Virus record (IMG/VR): IMGVR_UViG_3300050821_005690
Coordinates: 1 to 64,000 of that record
Strand: one strand, 5' to 3'
DNA: 64,000 nt
Origin: a virus
Part shown: positions 60,658-64,000 of the stretch, one piece after another
Layout of the letters: each line of letters starts with the position of its first letter
Numbering within the stretch: position 1 is the stretch's first letter
Program-made: the position numbers and the translations under genes
Notes under the pieces: model-generated
Told to the model about the DNA's origin: nothing
The model's input: only the letters and a program-made list of their open reading frames with translations
Databases searched by the model: none

Positions 60658-60935
60658 CCGACATTTCTCCAGCAATGCGCAAGGCCCTAAACGAGGTCGA
60701 GGCGGCGCTGTCGCCTCTGCCCGAGGGATACACGGTCGAGCCGACGGCGAACGGCAATGCGATCATTGTCGCCTGCAAGTACCCGGAGCCTGAAGGCTTA
60801 GGCTTTGCTATCACTGAGCTTGAAATCAAGGACGGCAAGCACGTCGAGCGGGCGGTCGAAAACTTTGGCCCCTTGATGCGCGCCGTGGAAACGGGGAATC
60901 GGTCGGATGGATCGAAAACCAGTTACCTCCAGTAA
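60654..60935 (+). CDS. hypothetical protein
   Basis: ATGA overlap with the previous gene. Confidence 0.55.
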   Translation: MTDISPAMRKALNEVEAALSPLPEGYTVEPTANGNAIIVACKYPEPEGLGFAITELEIKDGKHVERAVENFGPLMRAVETGNRSDGSKTSYLQ

Positions 60936-61137
60936 TATCGCCAGCGTCGGCTACGATCCCGCCACGCGCGAGCTAGAGGTTGAGTTCAAGGGTGGCAAGG
61001 GGAAGCTCGGCACGGGGCCGGTCTACCGATATGCGGATGTGCCGCAAGAGACCTATGATGCGTTCATGGGGCATGATTCGAAGGGGGCGTTCCACCATGC
61101 GTCGATCAAGGGCAAGTTCAGCTACACGAAGCTCTGA
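60907..61137 (+). CDS. KTSC-domain protein
   Basis: V.SSNI.SVGYD.....LEVEF.G...Y.Y.DVP...Y..F....SKG.F....IK. Confidence 0.9.
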   Translation: MDRKPVTSSNIASVGYDPATRELEVEFKGGKGKLGTGPVYRYADVPQETYDAFMGHDSKGAFHHASIKGKFSYTKL

Positions 61138-61146
61138 GCGGCTTTA

Positions 61147-63921
61147 ATGGCTGGAGGCCTAACCCCGTTCAACGGCGCGGATGCGGTCGAGGTCGTCGTC
61201 TCGTTCGCGGACGCTAACGGATTCGACCCCGAGAGCGATACCAGGATCGTCGCCAACGAGGACGGCTCGGTCGAAGTCGGCTGGGGCCCAGACGCGCGTC
61301 CGAAGCGCAAGCCGAGCGAATCCGAGAAGTTCGACGACAATATCGCCGAGTACCTGACCGACGCCGACCTGTCCATGGTCGCCGAAAGGCTGATTCTCGG
61401 CATCGAGCAGGATCTTCAAAGCCGATCGGAGTGGCTGGAGAACATGAGCCAGGGCATCTCCCTGCTCGGGCTCCAGATCAAGAACCCGCGCGGTGCGGCG
61501 GCAAGCGGGGCGACGCCGGCGGAGGGCGTCTCGACCGTCGACAGTCCGATCCTGTTGGAAGCAGTCCTACGGTTCCAGGCGAATGCCGTTGGCGAGCTTT
61601 TGCCTGCGGACGGCCCGGTGAAGGTGCGCAACGACGGCTTGGGCAACGCCCTCACCGATCAGCTTGCCGACGCTCTCGAAAAGGACATGAATCATTACCT
61701 TACGAAGGTAGCGACAGAATACGTTCCCGACACCGACCGCATGCTGTTGATGTGCGGCTTCTGCGGCATCGCCTTCAAGAAGGGGTTTCACGATCCGATC
61801 AAGCGGCGGCCGGTGATTGCCTCGATCAATGCCGAGGATCTGATCGTCTCGAACGCGGCGACCGACATCAACGGCGCCGGGCGCATTACCCATCGGATTC
61901 TGATGCGGCCCTCGTTGCTCCGCCGCATGCAATTGGTCGGGGCCTATCGCGATATCGTTCTGCCCGACACCGGCATGCCGCTGCAAGAGGACGCAGTCAA
62001 AAGCAAAATCCGGCAGACTCAAGGCATCGCGCCGCCAGCTTACGTCGAGCCGGGCGACCAGGATCGCGAGCTTTACGAGTGCTATTGCGAGGTCGACCTT
62101 CCCGGGTTTGAGCACACCCTGAAGGATGAAACGCCTACCGGCCTGCCGCTCCCGTACAAGGTCGTGCTCGATAAAGAATCGCGGCAAATCCTCGAAATCC
62201 GCCGCAACTGGGACGAGGATGATCTGTTCTGCCTCGCGCTGAACAGGATCGTCGCCTACACCTTCATCCCGGGACTGGGTTTCTACGGCATCGGCCTGCT
62301 CAATGTGCTCGGCAACGCCACCAAGGCGGTGACGGCAGCGTGGCGCCTGCTGATCGACGCGGGCATGTACGCCAATTTCCCCGGATTCCTCTATCTCAAG
62401 TCTCTTGCCAAGCAATTGACTAACCAGTTCCGTGTGCCTCCGGGCGGCGGCATGCCGATCGATACCAGCGGCCAGGACATCCGCACGGCTATCATGCCGC
62501 TGCCGTACAAGGACCCGAGCGCGGTCTTTATCCAACTGATCGAGAAGATCGCCGAGGGCGCGCAGCGGGTCGGCGGGACGGCCGAGCTACAGGTCGGCGA
62601 GGGGACGCAGAACGCCCCGGTCGGCACCACGCTCGCTTTGATCGAGCAGGCGACGCGGCTCATGGCGGCGGTGCACAAGCGCCTCCACCAAGCCCAAGGG
62701 CAGGAACTCGACATGCTCAAGAGCCTGCTGATGGAGGACCCCGAGGCGCTGTGGCGGCACAACAAGAAGAGCAAGGTGCTCAAGCTTTTGACCCAGATGG
62801 CCGGGCAACAGACTGTCGCTGACCAGATCGAGGAAGCCCAGAATCGGCATCGGGCGTTGTTCCTGACGGCCTTGAGCGATGCGGAGCTTGTGCCGGCGTC
62901 CGATCCGAACACCTCGTCGCAGACCGAGCGCTACATGAAGGTGGTGGCGGCGCGGCAGATGGCTCAGACCAACCAGTCGATCGACATGAACGCCGTCGAT
63001 TCCAAGGCCTTCAAGGTCATGGGCTGGGACAACCCCGATCAGTATTTCAAGCCGGCGCCACCTCCTGGTGCGCAGCCGCAGCCGTCGCCGGAAGAGCTTA
63101 CCGCCCAGGCCACGATCATGGCCGCCCAGGCGCGCATCGCCGATTCCAGAACCAGGGCGCAGGAAGCTCAGATCAAGGCGACGACCGGGCAAGCCGAGCT
63201 TGCCTCAAAGGAGAAGATCGCCTCGCTGCAGGTCGCGCGCGAACTCGTTATCCACGGTTCCGAACGCGAGCAGGCGGCACAAGAATCCGGCATTGCCAAT
63301 CGCGAGAGTGCGGCCAACCGGCTTCACAAGCTTGCTCTGGCAAATATGGCCGGCCGCACCGCCAGTGCGCAGGGCGTGGCGGACAATGCCCACGAGGCAA
63401 ACCAAGCGGCGATCGATCGCGCGCATGAAGCTGGTCTGGCCGACCAGCAACGCCGGCACCAATTCTTCTCGAACATACTCGCCCAGCACCATGAGGCGAC
63501 AGAGGGGGTGCTGGACCGCCAGCACGAGAAAGCGATGCAGCCTGCGGCGGAGGGGGTGGCGCGGCGGGCCTCTGGCGGCCGAGTCGAATCACCTTATCAA
63601 GAGCCTCCGCCTTCAAGGGTTATGACGGACTTGGTCGAGGCACTTCGCGCCATCTCGCGGGAGAATGAAGCGCGGACTTCGGCCTTGCGATCGATGGTGC
63701 AAAGCGGAACGCCGGCCGGGAACGATACGTCGATCGAAGTCTTGACCGCCTCAGTTAACCGTCTGATCGACTTGCAGTCGGCGCCCCGGGTGATCGTTCG
63801 TGATAGCAGCGGGAGGCCGATCGGGGCGCGTATCGATTTGCCCGCCGTGAGGAGTGAGTTGCCGACAATTACTAAAACCTCTGGCGGCGAGGTTGATATT
63901 CAGGTAGAAATCGAGGAATAG
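61147..63921 (+). CDS. portal protein with long C-terminal extension
   Basis: FD.N.AE, SR.EW, P.L.EAVLRFQA, LP.DGPVK, FIPGLGFYG.GL, L.DAG..AN.PG, PVGTT.AL.EQ; close to TerL. Confidence 0.9.
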   Translation: MAGGLTPFNGADAVEVVVSFADANGFDPESDTRIVANEDGSVEVGWGPDARPKRKPSESEKFDDNIAEYLTDADLSMVAERLILGIEQDLQSRSEWLENMSQGISLLGLQIKNPRGAAASGATPAEGVSTVDSPILLEAVLRFQANAVGELLPADGPVKVRNDGLGNALTDQLADALEKDMNHYLTKVATEYVPDTDRMLLMCGFCGIAFKKGFHDPIKRRPVIASINAEDLIVSNAATDINGAGRITHRILMRPSLLRRMQLVGAYRDIVLPDTGMPLQEDAVKSKIRQTQGIAPPAYVEPGDQDRELYECYCEVDLPGFEHTLKDETPTGLPLPYKVVLDKESRQILEIRRNWDEDDLFCLALNRIVAYTFIPGLGFYGIGLLNVLGNATKAVTAAWRLLIDAGMYANFPGFLYLKSLAKQLTNQFRVPPGGGMPIDTSGQDIRTAIMPLPYKDPSAVFIQLIEKIAEGAQRVGGTAELQVGEGTQNAPVGTTLALIEQATRLMAAVHKRLHQAQGQELDMLKSLLMEDPEALWRHNKKSKVLKLLTQMAGQQTVADQIEEAQNRHRALFLTALSDAELVPASDPNTSSQTERYMKVVAARQMAQTNQSIDMNAVDSKAFKVMGWDNPDQYFKPAPPPGAQPQPSPEELTAQATIMAAQARIADSRTRAQEAQIKATTGQAELASKEKIASLQVARELVIHGSEREQAAQESGIANRESAANRLHKLALANMAGRTASAQGVADNAHEANQAAIDRAHEAGLADQQRRHQFFSNILAQHHEATEGVLDRQHEKAMQPAAEGVARRASGGRVESPYQEPPPSRVMTDLVEALRAISRENEARTSALRSMVQSGTPAGNDTSIEVLTASVNRLIDLQSAPRVIVRDSSGRPIGARIDLPAVRSELPTITKTSGGEVDIQVEIEE

Positions 63922-64000
63922 GGCGGGGTCGAGGCGTTTACGGGGCACAATGATGGGGGTTTCGGGGGCATCAGCATGAGTCGTCCGAAGTATTTTGGTT

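Noticed and set aside
61567-63192. Several long minus-strand ORFs inside the portal gene
   Set aside because: Antisense shadows with no RBS or recognisable motifs.
1-64000. DGR, retron, group II intron or intein
   Set aside because: No reverse transcriptase motifs or template/variable repeat pair seen; TerL and the helicase are of ordinary length.
1-64000. Alternative genetic code
   Set aside because: Conserved genes are intact under the standard bacterial code and use all three stop codons.

Overview
The window is ~64 kb of a tailed dsDNA bacteriophage genome, GC-rich, probably infecting a Hyphomicrobiales/Bradyrhizobium-like alphaproteobacterium. The host is inferred from host-like DUF3597, DUF3309, GapR-like and HpnG-like genes. 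From left to right it holds: a head module (decoration protein, Mu gpT-like major capsid protein, small basic proteins, head-tail adaptor); an expanded lysis region (HpnG-like nucleosidase, GH19 endolysin, GxSxG hydrolase, holin-like protein); a leftward replication/modification arm (radical SAM, SNF2/HARP helicase, DUF1376 initiator with probable origin, nuclease plus HTH-MT-A70, RusA, GapR-like, Cro-like); a rightward recombination arm (SSB, ERF, YqaJ, DUF1367-like, HNH); about 22 kb of small accessory ORFs; then the terminase large subunit, a KTSC protein and a long portal protein. I found no integrase, CI repressor, tRNA, reverse transcriptase or CRISPR array. The most notable observations are: a putative hopanoid/envelope-directed lysis cassette; a genome-wide operator motif AAAATAGTGYCA paired with a GGGGAAAAT..CCCC box; an HTH-MT-A70/nuclease pair carrying intragenic palindromes; several multi-hairpin intergenic elements; and a [KR]xxGGxV motif shared by head-module proteins. 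All family assignments come from motif recognition by eye, not database searches.
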